Source of the DNA: Octopus sinensis | Lineage: Eukaryota | Assembly: GCF_006345805.1 (NCBI RefSeq) | Contig: NC_043001.1 | Span: 104,718,001-104,782,000 of the forward strand | Length of the DNA stretch: 64,000 bases | Direction of reading: 5' to 3' | Shown here: positions 39,010 to 51,994 of the stretch, piece by piece | Position numbering within the stretch: position 1 is the first letter of the stretch | Layout of the letters: each line of letters opens with the position of its first letter | The notes under the pieces: model-generated | The model's input: only the letters and a program-made list of their open reading frames with translations | The model's database searches: none | What the model was told of the DNA's origin: nothing | Position numbers and translations under genes: made by a program

Positions 39010-39995
39010 ACATGTGTGTGTGTTTGTGCGTGTGCGTATGCGTGTGTGTGTGCGTGTGCGTGCGTGTGCGTGCGCGTGCGTGTGCGTGTGCGTGTGCGTG
39101 TGCGTGCGTGTGCGTGTGCGTGTCTGTGGTTGTGCGTGTCTGTGGTTGTGCGTGTCTGTGGTTGTGCGTGTCTGTGGTTGTGCGTGTCTGTGGTTGTGCG
39201 TGTCTGTGGTTGTGCGTGTCTGTGGTTGTGCGTGTCTGTGGTTGTGCGTGTCTGTGGTTGTGCGTGTCTGTGGTTGTGCGTGTCTGTGGTTGTGCGTGTC
39301 TGTGGCTGTGTGTGTCTGTGGCTGTGTGTGTCTGTGGCTGTGTGTGTCTGTGGCTGTGTGTGTCTGTGGCTGTGTGTGTCTGTGGTTGTGTGTGTCTGTG
39401 GTTGTGTGTCTGTGGCTGTGGTTGTGTGTGTCTGTGGCTGTGTGTGTCTGTGGCTGTGTGTGTCTGTGGTTGTGTGTGTCTGTGGTTGTGTGTGTCTGTG
39501 GCTGTGTGTGTCTGTGGCTGTGTGTGTCTGTGGCTGTGTGTGTCTGTGGCTGTGTGTGTCTGTGGCTGTGTGTGTCTGTGGCTGTGTGTGTCTGTGGCTG
39601 TGTGTGTCTGTGCTGTGTGTGTCTGTGGCTGTGTGTGTCTGTGGTTGTGTGTGTCTGTGGTTGTGTGTGTCTGTGGTTGTGTGTGTCTGTGGTTGTGTGT
39701 GTCTGTGGTTGTGTGTGTCTGTGGTTGTGTGTGTCTGTGGTTGTGTGTGTCTGTGTTTGTGTGTGTCTGTGTTTGTGTGTGTCTGTGTTTGTGTGTGTCT
39801 GTGTTTGTGTGTGTCTGTGTTTGTGTGTGTCTGTGTTGTCTGTGTTTGTGTGTGTACGAGTGTGTGTGTGTGTGTACGAGTGTGTGTGTGTGTGTGTACG
39901 AGTGTGTGTGTGTGTGTACGAGTGTGTGTGTGTGTACGAGTGTGTGTGTGTGTACGAGTGTGTGTGTGTACGAGTGTGTGTGTGTGTGTGTGTAC
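39010..39995. repeat. GT-rich satellite with a 16-bp unit (gtgtctgtggttgtgc and variants)
   Basis: Direct inspection. Confidence 0.95.
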
Positions 39996-41562
39996 AAGTG
40001 TGTTAGTCAACGTGTATTATTCTTGTAATTTTACTTTTTCTCTGTGTCCACCCCCCTCTCTCTCTCACACACACTCAAAGGCAAGCATTTAATTTCTTTA
40101 CGTTTCAGAGGATAAATTATCAAACAGGACCTTACATTTTGTAAGATGCTATGCGTGACTTAAGAGCCAGTTTCTTCCTGCTCCTTCTAACAGTTGAAAC
40201 GACCGCCGGGAAGGATCCTTCAAATTAACCTCGAAGACTGCAGCATTACTAAAGAGATGTGCTTTTACTTCGGTACCAAACACAGTACAAGCAATAAATC
40301 CCATTAAATACACTCTGCCTTTTCTTTAACCGCAGTTGGGATTCAATAGATAAAAACCAGAAATTTTTTGTCTTTTGTTTTGCTGAATTATTAAAACTGC
40401 ATTGCAAGTGAGAAACAGCAAGTGTTTCAATGAAAGACGTTGGTTACCAGTAATATAATGGAATCGATCAAAGCAGGAATACATTACAAGCATACAATAC
40501 TATTGGCTTTGTGCCCTGCACGAGCGAAAATCAATATGTTACGATATGTGATCATCTAACAACCGCAATTTCTTTTGTAAATTATTTTTAGCCAACATTT
40601 TCTCCTATATTTCTGGACCAGACATGCAACTCTGAATAATAGATTTAATTAAGGGAAATAATATCGCTTGCCATTGATTAGGAACAAGGCCAATATTTTA
40701 AGGGGTGGCCTCCATACTAAATAATTAAAATAAATTTCAGATAGTCGATTTAACCGTCCGTAGGGTATTTCATTTAACTTATTTTCTCGACACTGAAATG
40801 ATAAATTGAAGTTAGCTCAACACTGAAATTTGAAAGAGGAAACTGAAATCTGTAAAATTTGGCAGAAAATGGCTGAAGCAACGTAAGAATCCATAAAAGA
40901 TTTAGCTCGGTGCCTTACCATCTATGTTACCAGATGACTTTACTGGTCCAACTTGTCATTGGTTGTAAAGGATTCAACAGACGAAAGAACTAACTGGTCT
41001 CTTTATAGAATAGAATTATATCTAAGTTTGAAACTGATTGAAATAAGAATGTATCTAGGATTGACCGGAAAGCATCGTATATTGGCTGTGTGGTTAAGAA
41101 TCTTTGCAGCCATGTAGATCTAGGTTCAATCCCACCACGTGGCATCTTGGGTAAATGTCTTCTAATATAGGCTTGTGAGTGGATTCAGTAGGCCTAAACT
41201 ATGTGGTGGCCCGTTATATATATATTTGATAACTCTACTAGAATGGACGAAAGCGCTTATATATGTTATATGATGTATAAAAACATGTAATATACAAATA
41301 AATATCTGTAAATATAAAACCATCCGAATTTCTGAGTACCTCATTTCTTCTTATATAAAATACCTGTACATCATCTCCAAACCTTCTAATATATATATAT
41401 ATCATAACATATAATTGCCAACCAAGTGTGGCGTCCTATACAGGACAGTGCTACTGACGTTTATAGCCCCAGGAAGACATTACTTCCCACTTGCTAACGA
41501 CATACATTCTGTGTCCGATTAGCAATTGCGAGAGGAGGTAACCGCTCCCGGCTCTAGCCTTA

Positions 41563-41623
41563 GGTGATACACACGGACTCGAGTTTCTGGGGGATTACCC
41601 GTCCTCAGCGTGTATTAATCACC
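41563..41623 (-). ncRNA. Type-I hammerhead motif with canonical core, GUC site and extended stem I
   Basis: GGTGAT-TA-ATACACG-CTGAGGA-CGGGTAATCCCCCA-GAAAC-TCGA-GTC-CGTGTGT-ATCACC. Confidence 0.8.
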
Positions 41624-41983
41624 AGCTAGTGATGAAAACTCACCCCTCTCGCATAATACTTTATGCTTTTTCCAGCGACGAACTGTCACTGATCTCGAAA
41701 AAGGAGAAATAAGCTATAATAAATCTCTGAGCGAGATGTAAACAGTAGCAATACGGAATCGTAATATATAATTGCCAACCAATTATCTGATGATGGCGAT
41801 CTTTTGCTATGATTTAATCTAAGAATGCATCAATAAATTTCTGCCCAAACTATTGTTGTTAGTTCTGAATTCCTTCTTTCGTATGTGTATATATATAATA
41901 ACATGGGGTAAAATTAATTAATTAATTAATAATTTTACCAAGTAGTTAGTACGTTAAAAACCTTTTTAGGCAAGTTATACAAA

Positions 41984-42143
41984 ATATTCTATAATTATAT
42001 ACGTTATTATAATCAGGGGTCAACTAAGTGCCTCACAACGTATTGAATTAGAAATAGATGCTAATGTTTTTTCATCTAATTCAGTACGTGGTGAGGCACT
42101 TAACTGATCCCTGATTATAATTATGTTTATAATTATAGAATAT
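41984..42143. repeat. Short fold-back (~70-bp arms)
   Basis: tataatcaggggtcaactaagtgcctcac vs gtgaggcacttaactgatccctgattata. Confidence 0.8.
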
Positions 42144-42286
42144 TATATATATATATATATTAAACAAACAGGTAAGCAAGCAATAAAATGTGGCTAATTC
42201 AACAATTATAGCGATATATTTCGCCATGTTGGACTGCTGAACTCTACAAGTTTTTTCATTCTCTCTCTATTTATATTCTCTTATTC

Positions 42287-42322
42287 CTTCCTGTTGAAGA
42301 GCTCAGGCTCGAAACGTAAAAG
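42287..42322 (+). ncRNA. Minimal hammerhead motif (family B, A6U core)
   Basis: CTTC-CTGTTGA-A-GAGC-TCAG-GCTC-GAAAC-GTA-AAAG. Confidence 0.6.
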
Positions 42323-42436
42323 ACTTTTAATTTTCCCGAACGTCAAGCTAATACACTTGCTTGTTGTTCATACATCTGTCTTCGTATTTTGTTTATCTAT
42401 AAATTTCAACTGCACACACACACACACACACACACA

Positions 42437-42467
<31 letters not shown>

Positions 42468-42491
42468 GTTGTGTGTGTGTGTAAATAAATT

Positions 42492-42780
42492 AAGGGTGGA
42501 TTATATAGAGATGACGGTCTTTTCAGTTACTATATGTCTAAGAAGGTTGGTCTTGAGAGGTCCTGGAAAAATAAAAACTTCAAACGTCTTAGTCTCTCTG
42601 TCTCCACAGATAATGATTATACTGTGGTTAACTTCCTTGATGTTACTCTGAATCTAAATACTGAACTGTGCCAATCATATCATAAGCCGAATGAATGCTT
42701 AAAGTATGTAAATATAAATTCTAATCCTCCCAGAAGCATCATAAATGCTATAGTTAAAAAATATATCAACTCTTATTTAA
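42492..42780 (+). pseudogene. Penelope-like reverse transcriptase fragment
   Basis: GLYRDDGL in frame with VNFLDVTLNL...YHKPNECLKYVNINSNPPRSII. Confidence 0.85.
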
Positions 42781-42856
42781 GTAAGTAATAGCAACAATAA
42801 TGATACGAATAAGATTAGTGGGAAACGAAGTAATGAAGGTAAACATAAATTTGTAG

Positions 42857-42901
<45 letters not shown>

Positions 42902-42934
42902 TAACAATCATAATAATAATAATAACAACAGCAA

Positions 42935-43515
42935 TATTTTCTATTATAGGCACAGAGTCTGAAATTTTGAGGGAAGGGGCCACTCGATTAAATCGAACCC
43001 AGTACGCAACCGGTACTTAATTTATGTTCCCCTAAAGGATTAAAGGCAAAGTTGACCTCGGCGGAATTTGAACTCAGAAAATAGCGACGGGCGAAATACC
43101 TATTTCTTTTCTACCCACAAGGGGCTAAACATAGAGAAGACAAACAAGGACAGACAAACGCATTAAGTCGATTACATCGACCCCAGTGCATAATTGGTAT
43201 ATATTTAATCGACCCCGAAAGGATGGAAAGCAAAGTCGACCTCGGCGGAATTTGAACTCAGAACGTAAAGACAGATGAAATACCTATTTCTTTACTACCC
43301 ATAAGGGGCTAAACACAGAGAGGACAAACAAGGACAGACAAACGGATTAAATCGATTATATCGACCCCAGTGTGTAACTGGTTCTTATATAATCGGCCCC
43401 GAAAGGATGAAAGACAAAGTCGACCTCGGCGGAATTTGAACTCAGAACGTAGCGGCAGGCGAAATACGGCTAAGCATTTCGCCCGGCGTGCTAACGGTTC
43501 TGCCAGCTCGCCGCC

Positions 43516-43517
<2 letters not shown>
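42935..43517 (-). mobile_element. Nin-domain-like SINE with three internal modules, inserted in (TAA)n
   Basis: Core repeated at ~43040, ~43220, ~43410; (TAA)n on both sides. Confidence 0.85.
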
Positions 43518-43557
<40 letters not shown>

Positions 43558-44399
43558 TAATAATAATAATAATAATAATCACAATGAGTTTATAGATATG
43601 TAAAAAAAAAATAATAAAAATTACAGCAGGAGAGTATTTAATGTTGATAATGTTGGTAATAAAAAAAAACGTATTTATAAATAACTTGTAGGATCCGTGT
43701 AAACTCCACACTATGGAAAAAAATTAGAGAATTTATTTAAGAAAGGGTGATTTACACTTTTATAGCTTTCTTTCAATATTCTTGGAGTTCGTCTACACTC
43801 CTTTCCTGACGTCTCAGTCGGTGTTGTCTTTTCCCTCTTTTTATTGTATCTTCTTGCTGTTCCTCTCTGATCCCTGCTCTATATCTGCACATCCTTTCTC
43901 GGGTACTTGCAACCGTGAATCCAGAATTTAGACTAAAATAACTCGTATAAACAAATACCAATTTTTAAAGGGAACAGACAATAAATGATTGCACTCATGC
44001 GATGGTCGCTATAAAAAAACAACTTTTCAATATCAACACACCACCACCGCTATCTGCCCTCTCTCTCTCTCTCTTTCTCAATATAACTGTCAATCTCTCT
44101 CTATCTACCTTTCCATTCAGCTAACTGTTTAACCACGTAACAAGTATTCATTCCCTACCCCACGCTGTTAACACTTCTCTCTCCCTTTTTCTCGTCGTCT
44201 TTTTCTCTCGTTCTTCGTATTTGCCTTCAGCTGACCACGTGACCACCTGACCTATGTGTATTAATTTTAATCACATCTCTCTACTACTTCCTCTCTTATT
44301 TCTTCACTTCCTCTCTTTCTCATTACCTCTCACTCACTCCATCTCTACCTCTTTAACTAACTAATGTATAACGGGCGAACGAACAAGCAAATTATTATA

Positions 44400-45262
44400 T
44401 AAAAAGAAAGACTAAATCAAGGAATATTATGAGGTATAATACATCATCCGCATCTTCCACAGCTACTTGGAAATTCCTTGCTGCACTGGATAAGTCTTTC
44501 CTACCTCCAAGTAAGAATGGGAAATTATTTAATCGCCACAGAGTAAAATTTTCGTATTCAACCATTAGAAATTTGGCTGAAATTATAGCAGCACATAAAA
44601 GTAAAATTAGGCAATATCTGAACTCGAAATCTGTAAGTAGAACCAATTGCGTGAATTGTGGAATTAACCCTAATGATAATTTTCCTGAACCAGATTTCGA
44701 TATTTTAAGCATAAGTAATTCCACTTGTGGTAATACCTTTAAGGTAACGCCTCGTAATAATACTAATTATGATACTGATAATAATCCTGCCTTAACACCT
44801 AATCCTGAGAGGAGGATTGATACTAATTCCTTTAAAAATGAGTACCACATGCAAGTGAATGAATGCCTTTGTAATTTCAAAAACAAAATTATCTGTCCTT
44901 TAGAAAATCCGCGTTTAAGGAAGAATATAGTGTATCAATGTAAGGTCATAACAAGGAATCGTACGTTTTATTATAATATAGGTTCGTCTGCTACAATTTG
45001 GAAATGTAGATGAATTAGATAACTGAGAATGATCATCTAGAGAACAAAATGCAATTCTACCAATCTTAGTAAATGCATCTGGGATTTAAAAGACTGGAAC
45101 ATTAACTGATTTAAAGGGATCCATCACTAGCTACGCACCATCGTACAATACGTGTAAATTTAGACGCGATCTTTACTTTGAAGAAATGTATTATATAATT
45201 ACTCTTATATTAATATTATCGAATTGTAAAGTTAATTTTACATTGAAATGTACTCACAAACA
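44400..45262 (+). pseudogene. Penelope-like linker plus C-terminal GIY-YIG endonuclease relic
   Basis: KLFNRHRVKFSYS, CNFKNKIICPL, IVYQCKV..YNIGS, NSTNLSKCIWDLK, CTHK. Confidence 0.85.
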
Positions 45263-46224
45263 TAGAGAACCATTTAAATATTTCAATCTCAGATAACTTA
45301 TTACTTATAATTGCTTTTCATATAATCTAATATGCATAATCAAAAATTATTTAGGATATTTAATAGATAATTGTCGTAACGTACAATTTCTATCCTTCTA
45401 ATTGTCGTGACATATAATTCATGTTTACTTTTTATTCTTTCGTTTTCTACCGATGTCATCAAAAGTTAAATACTAAATTGGCTTTTCTTAGAATAGCATA
45501 TTTCTTCATTACGTTCTTTTTGTATGCGTTTGTCAATTAGAGATATTTTCTTAGTTCACATTGAATTTAACCAATTTTGGATTGCTTTAATAACGTGATG
45601 CTATATTTTCGGATATATTAATTTGACTGATATTTTATACTTTCTTCTCTATCTAAATATACTGGCGCAATAGAAATGATCGTCGGTAATGTATGGAGCA
45701 ATCACCAATTAAAGACGTGATCTTCTACATTTTTACTCGTGTCATATGCTCCAAATTCGTCGAAGCGATGTTTGCTTGTCATACATGAAGAGTTTCCTTG
45801 GATGTTAATTCTACTTGCATTTATTGGTGCTTGATTGTTGGACATAGTTTACCAAATTCATATAACATTGTGAGCTTTCTAGTTATTTGGATTTATTAAT
45901 CCCTTTGCTTTTTATATATATATATATAAGCCTTCTTTTTTCTGTAGAGGGCTTATATGCCCCTTTATTAGACTATTTTCCTCAGTCATTGCACGGTGAT
46001 CGCCATAAGCTTTAAGCTTATATAAAAATACCATTATTATTATTTACAGGATTGTACGTAAAACACGGCACCGTATAAAAAACCATTCGCACCGAAGACA
46101 TTATATATATATATATATATATATATATTGGTATAAGTTAGAGGTGTTTAAAGCCTCTAAGGGATAGATATATCCAAAGGCACTCTTGGTAAATACGGCA
46201 GCAGGTAATTTAGCGGGTAAACCG

Positions 46225-46565
46225 TACTCTTTTACTTGTTTCAGTCATTTGAATGCGGCCATGATGGAGCACCGCCTTTAATCGAGCAACTTATTCTATC
46301 GGTCTCATTTGCCGAACCGCTAAGTAACGGGGACATAAACACACCAGCATCGGGGACAAACACAGACACACAAACATACACACACACACATATATATACA
46401 TATATACGACAGGCTTCTTTCAGTTTCCCTCTACCAAATCCACTCAAGGCTTTGGTTGGCCCGAGGCTATAGTAGAAGACACTTGCCCAAGATGCCATGC
46501 AGTGGGACTGAACCCGGAACCATATGGTTGGTAAACAAGCTACTTACCACACAGCCACTCCTGCA
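46225..46565 (-). mobile_element. CORE-type SINE
   Basis: Family match. Confidence 0.8.
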
Positions 46566-46576
46566 CCTAGTTTAAT

Positions 46577-46634
<58 letters not shown>

Positions 46635-47114
46635 TATATAATTATGTTACCGGTTTAAATGGTTACAATTTGGCAAAGTCATTAAATTATCAACAAAATT
46701 ACCTTACAGAATATTTTTCTGCTTCAGATTCTACCGAGGTTACCTATAATGCATGTGACCGGGGACCACATATGAATTTGTATTCCCCCCCCCCTGAAAC
46801 TCCAAATATGAACTTTCCACCTCAACAGCAAATAACAACTACGGTGTCCGCGCTTGCTCTCCTAGTGGGAAGCTCAACCAGACCTCCGAGTCTACAGTCT
46901 TCGACAGTGGAACCGGGAGTGGGTACCCATTCTAGCCTCAACTGCAGTCGACCGTCGAATGTGGTCAGCATTTGTGAGCGACGTAGTGAACTCGTTGATC
47001 GGAACCGGCTCAGCCCATCCTGGGTGAAGTTATTAAACAGGTCAGCTTGCCTTTAATCATTTCAGATAGATTTTAAAATTGCACTCTTGTGTTAATATTA
47101 GAGATAATAATTAT

Positions 47115-47158
<44 letters not shown>

Positions 47159-47284
47159 AGTATACGCGCTTCAAACAGATGTTTAAATTACGATGTGTAC
47201 ATCATTAATAACACTCACATTTTGACACAAATGTGGAGTTGCACACGCTGTGGAATATTATCTGGTGAAGTTGTTTGATATGAA

Positions 47285-47495
47285 TTTGACTGCAGCCATG
47301 CTGGAGCACCGCCTCTAGTCGAACAATCCAACCCCAGGACTTATTCTTTGTAAGCTTGGTATACTTATTCTAACGGTTCCTTTTGCCAAACCGCTAAGTT
47401 ACAGGGATGTAAACACACCAAGCGATGATTGTCAAGCGATGGTGGGGGACAAACTCAGACACACAAACATATATATATGTTGAAAGAAGCCCGTC

Positions 47496-47533
<38 letters not shown>

Positions 47534-47685
47534 GACGGGCTTCTTTCAGTTTCCGTCTACCAAATCCACTCAAAACTTTGGTCGGCCCGGGGCTATAGTA
47601 GAAGACACTTGCCACGAAGTGGGACTGAACCAAGAATCATGTGGTTGACAAGCAAGCTACTTACCATACACCCATTCCTGCGCCT
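47285..47685 (-). mobile_element. CORE-type SINE
   Basis: Family match. Confidence 0.8.
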
Positions 47686-48420
47686 ATATATATATATATA
47701 TATATAATATATATATATATATAAGTTTTGTTGGAGAGATTATTTACCTGAACGTAGTGATTCGTAGAAAAAATGAAATACAAAGAAGGAAAAGGTATAT
47801 ATTTCTGATGTGATAAAATATTTAAATTGTCAACCGGTTTAGCTTTTGCTAATCATGACTAAGAAATTATTGAAAATATTAGTAGCAGGAAAGTTGTTTC
47901 GTGAATGAATCAGTAGCTAAATACATCTAAGTGGAAGCAATTAGTGACTGTTACTACTAGAAGTAGAGTAGGTTATTATTCCTTTTTGGGGGTAGGTGAA
48001 TTAATATAAATTCATGCATTAATTTTCGTACGTTTAATTTAACGCCATGAAGTTAGTCACTTAAATTCATTTTCGATCATTCAATTTCGCACTTGGGTCA
48101 AAGAATTTAGCATTTACATCTTTCAAATTAAAATGCCCGTCGAGAGCATTCAAATTAGTCAGAATGCGAAGAAGCATCTTGTCGAGCATTCACATTGGAA
48201 TAAGTTTATTCAATTTAGCACTCATTTTACATGTGTGTTTTTACTCACATTCTAAGAAGTGATTGTTAAAAATGACAAATTTAAACGAGATGTTTTGTCA
48301 TGCAAATTTTACTATGTTGTTATAGCTACAAAGAATAAATAAATTACGTGATTTTTCATTGCATCATTCGTAACCGGTCGATTTTATATCCCTTTCTCTG
48401 ACACCAACTTATAATGCGTA

Positions 48421-48660
48421 AGGTACATGCGTATATCGGACGAAGATTGTGCAAGGCTGTTTGACGCCATCAAGGGACATCAAACCAATTACCTGCAACT
48501 GGTTGACATACATGGCATTAGAAGAAGCGCTGGCCGATCCATTGTAGCGACTTAGCTACGTTCTGGGAGGTGCCGCAAGTTGCCCAGAGAAGGTGCCAAC
48601 AACGTTAAGGTTGATGAGCAAATGCGTGCCAGGATTTAGGTGATTATTGATGCCAATTTT
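48421..48660 (+). pseudogene. IS630/Tc1-type transposase N-terminal HTH relic
   Basis: RISDEDCARLFDA..YLQLVDIHGIRRSAGRSIVAT*LRSGR..LPREGANNVKVDEQMR (my translation; absent from the ORF track). Confidence 0.55.
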
Positions 48661-48887
48661 TGGGGCCAGCTAGATTTGAACAGTCTCAAGTGTAACAGGC
48701 CGAAAGAGTAAGGATGACGAGAGAAAACTGAATGACCTGTCTTTGTTTTTTCCTGTCCGTCTTTGTATCGTCTATCATAGATATAATAATAAGTTTATCG
48801 TAACTTAATTTTTTTTCGATAAAGATAAATAAGTATTGTACGTGTTTATTTTCTTTTTACTTAACTGTATATCTACTTTGCACCACC

Positions 48888-48935
<48 letters not shown>

Positions 48936-48947
48936 TATATATATATA

Positions 48948-49240
48948 CTAGCAGTATCGCCCAGCGTTGCTCGGGTTTGTAAGGGAAATAACTACATAAG
49001 CATTTTTAGAGAGTTACTTCCCTTATATAATAGCAAAAAATGCATTAAAAATGGGAAAAAATGATGGTAATTTTTTTTTAAATCGTAGACTCATAGTAGA
49101 CGCGCGCTAATACCCAGAAGGGCTCGATATGAATCACGACTATAAGATACCCGCTTTTGGTTAAACCGCAAAATGTGGGAGTAGTTAGGAATCTAAATCG
49201 TAGGAGACAGACACGCACACAACTTCACTTTTATATATAT
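48948..49240 (-). mobile_element. Non-autonomous Helitron-like element, same termini as 36016 but different interior
   Basis: Minus 5' tatataaaagtgaagttgt and 3' cccgagcaacgctgggcgatactgctag. Confidence 0.7.
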
Positions 49241-49243
49241 ATA

Positions 49244-49312
<69 letters not shown>

Positions 49313-49614
49313 AAGGTGCGTGGCAAAGTGCCATATATATGCACACACACATACATGCGTATATATATATATATTCATAAATATTTGCATATGCATACAC
49401 ACACTCACATATAATGATATTTTTTATAAGCTTAAAGCGATCACCGTGCAAATGACTAAGGAAGATAGTCTAATAAAGAGGCATATAAGCCCTCCACAGA
49501 TTATTAGATTATTCGACTATTTTCCTTAGTCACTTGCACGGTGATCGCTATAAGCTTTAAGAAAAATACCATTATTATTATTAATAGAATTGTAAAACTC
49601 GACACCGCTGAACA

Positions 49615-49673
<59 letters not shown>

Positions 49674-49999
49674 GAAAAATACAAACTGGGACATGATCGT
49701 AAAACATTTAGAAGACGATACAAAAAACACGGACGGGACATTCGAAGCCTTCAATCTTCAGTCAAGAACCGGATCATCCTAGCAACCGCGGCCGATTAAT
49801 CCTGAGATCGCTCCGATCCGGCCAGCCCCAAGGAAAAACTAAGCTACGAGCATTAGATTTCTTGGAAAAAGGATCGAATGTATACGAAGCAGGGACAGAA
49901 AAACGGACGATGCCACACGAATATAAAATACAAAAAGCAATAATAGTAAAAACAGGACAAAAACAGCGGGTGCCTTACGACTAATAGGCAGTACAACTT

Positions 50000-50190
50000 A
50001 GTTATGGATTCCGTGGAACAAGCTGCCAGACGAGATGGTGAAGATGCCGACGACCGCTTTGTTCAAAGCCTCCCTGGACCTCAAGTGGCCTGAACTCTTT
50101 ACATGAACACCACCCTGTACTTAACTCCATGTCCCCCTACATGGCCTTGCTATTTGCTTTTGAGCCAAATTAACTAACTAACTAACTAAC
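50000..50190 (+). mobile_element. 3' end of a CR1/L2-group LINE with (AACT)n tail
   Basis: WNKLPDEMVKMPTTALFKASLD then stop, short UTR and taactaactaac. Confidence 0.75.
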
Positions 50191-50635
50191 ATATATCCAC
50201 AACCACGCTAATAGCTTGGGAGTGAAATTTAGGATTTCTCGGTTTTCTGTGAATCGAATTTGATTAAACTTTTCCCAGCTGATTTGCACACTATGACAAC
50301 ACCATTATTATACTTTCATTATTCTCTGTAACATCCTTTCTTTTTTTTTAATCTCAGAATCTTCATGTTTTGGGTGAACCCATGTAGACATTTTTTTTTT
50401 TCAGAAATTGTAGGGTAATGATACATATTAAACACACATTGAGTGCATATTTAACAGAAAACCATAATATATTATAATATCTATTGACATTATGAACTAT
50501 TTAGCCAAATGAGCGTCAAGGAAGGAACGATCCGATGGTGGACCTCCAAGACTGTGACAGCTGGAGATTTAAGGAATATTGGTTGCAAGTTAAGAAGGGA
50601 ACCTGGACAAACAAGCAAAGCCATTTTCACCGCCT

Positions 50636-50679
<44 letters not shown>

Positions 50680-50686
<7 letters not shown>

Positions 50687-51718
50687 TGAGAATGTGTGTG
50701 TGTGTGTGTCTGTCTGTCTGTCTGTGTGTTTCCCTAAAACTTGAGAACTACACAACCAATTCATTCAAATTTTACACATGCCTTACTTAGGGTCCATGTA
50801 GTTTCATGGACAAAAAAAATGTTCAACTTCTTGCCTAGAGCGAGCCCATAGCAATATCATATCTTCTCCACTATTTCAGTATTACGTGTTAAAAGTGAAA
50901 CAAAAACGTTTCTCTATTTTATGTCAGATGCTTTCACTTTAACAATAAAAATAATAATAACAATTGAATTGTATGTAGTAAGTAATAATTAAAATCAAAC
51001 TAAAGTATAATATAATCGTAACATAACAAAAGTAAAAATAGCAATTGGTATAAAATTGCATCAATGATTTGAACTTGAATAAGTGGTTTCACATGAATGG
51101 GAATAAATTAAAAATAAGATTAGCGTGCAGAAATGGAATAGTCCAGATGGATAATAAAAAATTAAATTAAAGAAAAAACTATTGTCTATAAAGTATACAA
51201 TGTAGAGAAAAAAGATTCGAACACATGGAGGAAAGCACCTTCGAAAAGTGTCTTGGTGCGACTATGAAAGGTATCTAATCAGAGGCGGTAAATTCGCCAC
51301 AATAGAAGCAAGGTTCAAGTCAACGGAGCGTGTAAGGGAGTACTCGACTCGAACTTGCAAAGTGGAAATATTTTATTTTTACCTTTATATCTGTGACGTA
51401 GGACGTCCCGAAAAAACATTAAAAATGTCCCCCCCCCACCGCCAGAAGTAGATGTAGGCTGGATTGTAGCCACACTTCCATACAAGAGGGAGGACAAGAT
51501 ACAATTGATCGAAATTACAAGAGACGGGCTAACAATTCCAGTCTGTTATATATTTTGAGTATTGTTATCACTAGCGATATCAAGATATAACTTTGTATTT
51601 TGTATTTTATGTGTAGATGTATATATATATAGATGTGCATGTAATATGTACACATATATATACACATATATACATGCACTAGCACTATGACCCGGCAACG
51701 ACGGGTCTTTAATGCTAG
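50680..51718 (+). mobile_element. Helitron-like element
   Basis: 5' tataaaactgagaat with (GTCT)n; 3' hairpin gacccg-gcaacga-cgggtc then CTAG before T. Confidence 0.55.
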
Positions 51719-51724
51719 TATATC

Positions 51725-51757
<33 letters not shown>

Positions 51758-51955
51758 ATAGTATATACATATTTATTCATATAGTATAGCGTTTCTGTCT
51801 AATTAGGGGAGTCATTTGTATATTTACTAAACCATACTGACAGATACATGCATAACTATATACGGTTTTTTTTAATAGATTTGTAATAACTTATCTTTCA
51901 TATGCAGTCTATTAAAACAATATCCCCTTAGTAATATCACAATAAACTAAAATGC

Positions 51956-51994
<39 letters not shown>

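Noticed and set aside
38948-40092. 330-365 aa Cys/Val- or His/Thr-rich ORFs
   Set aside because: Stop-free 16-bp satellite open in five frames; no coding evidence
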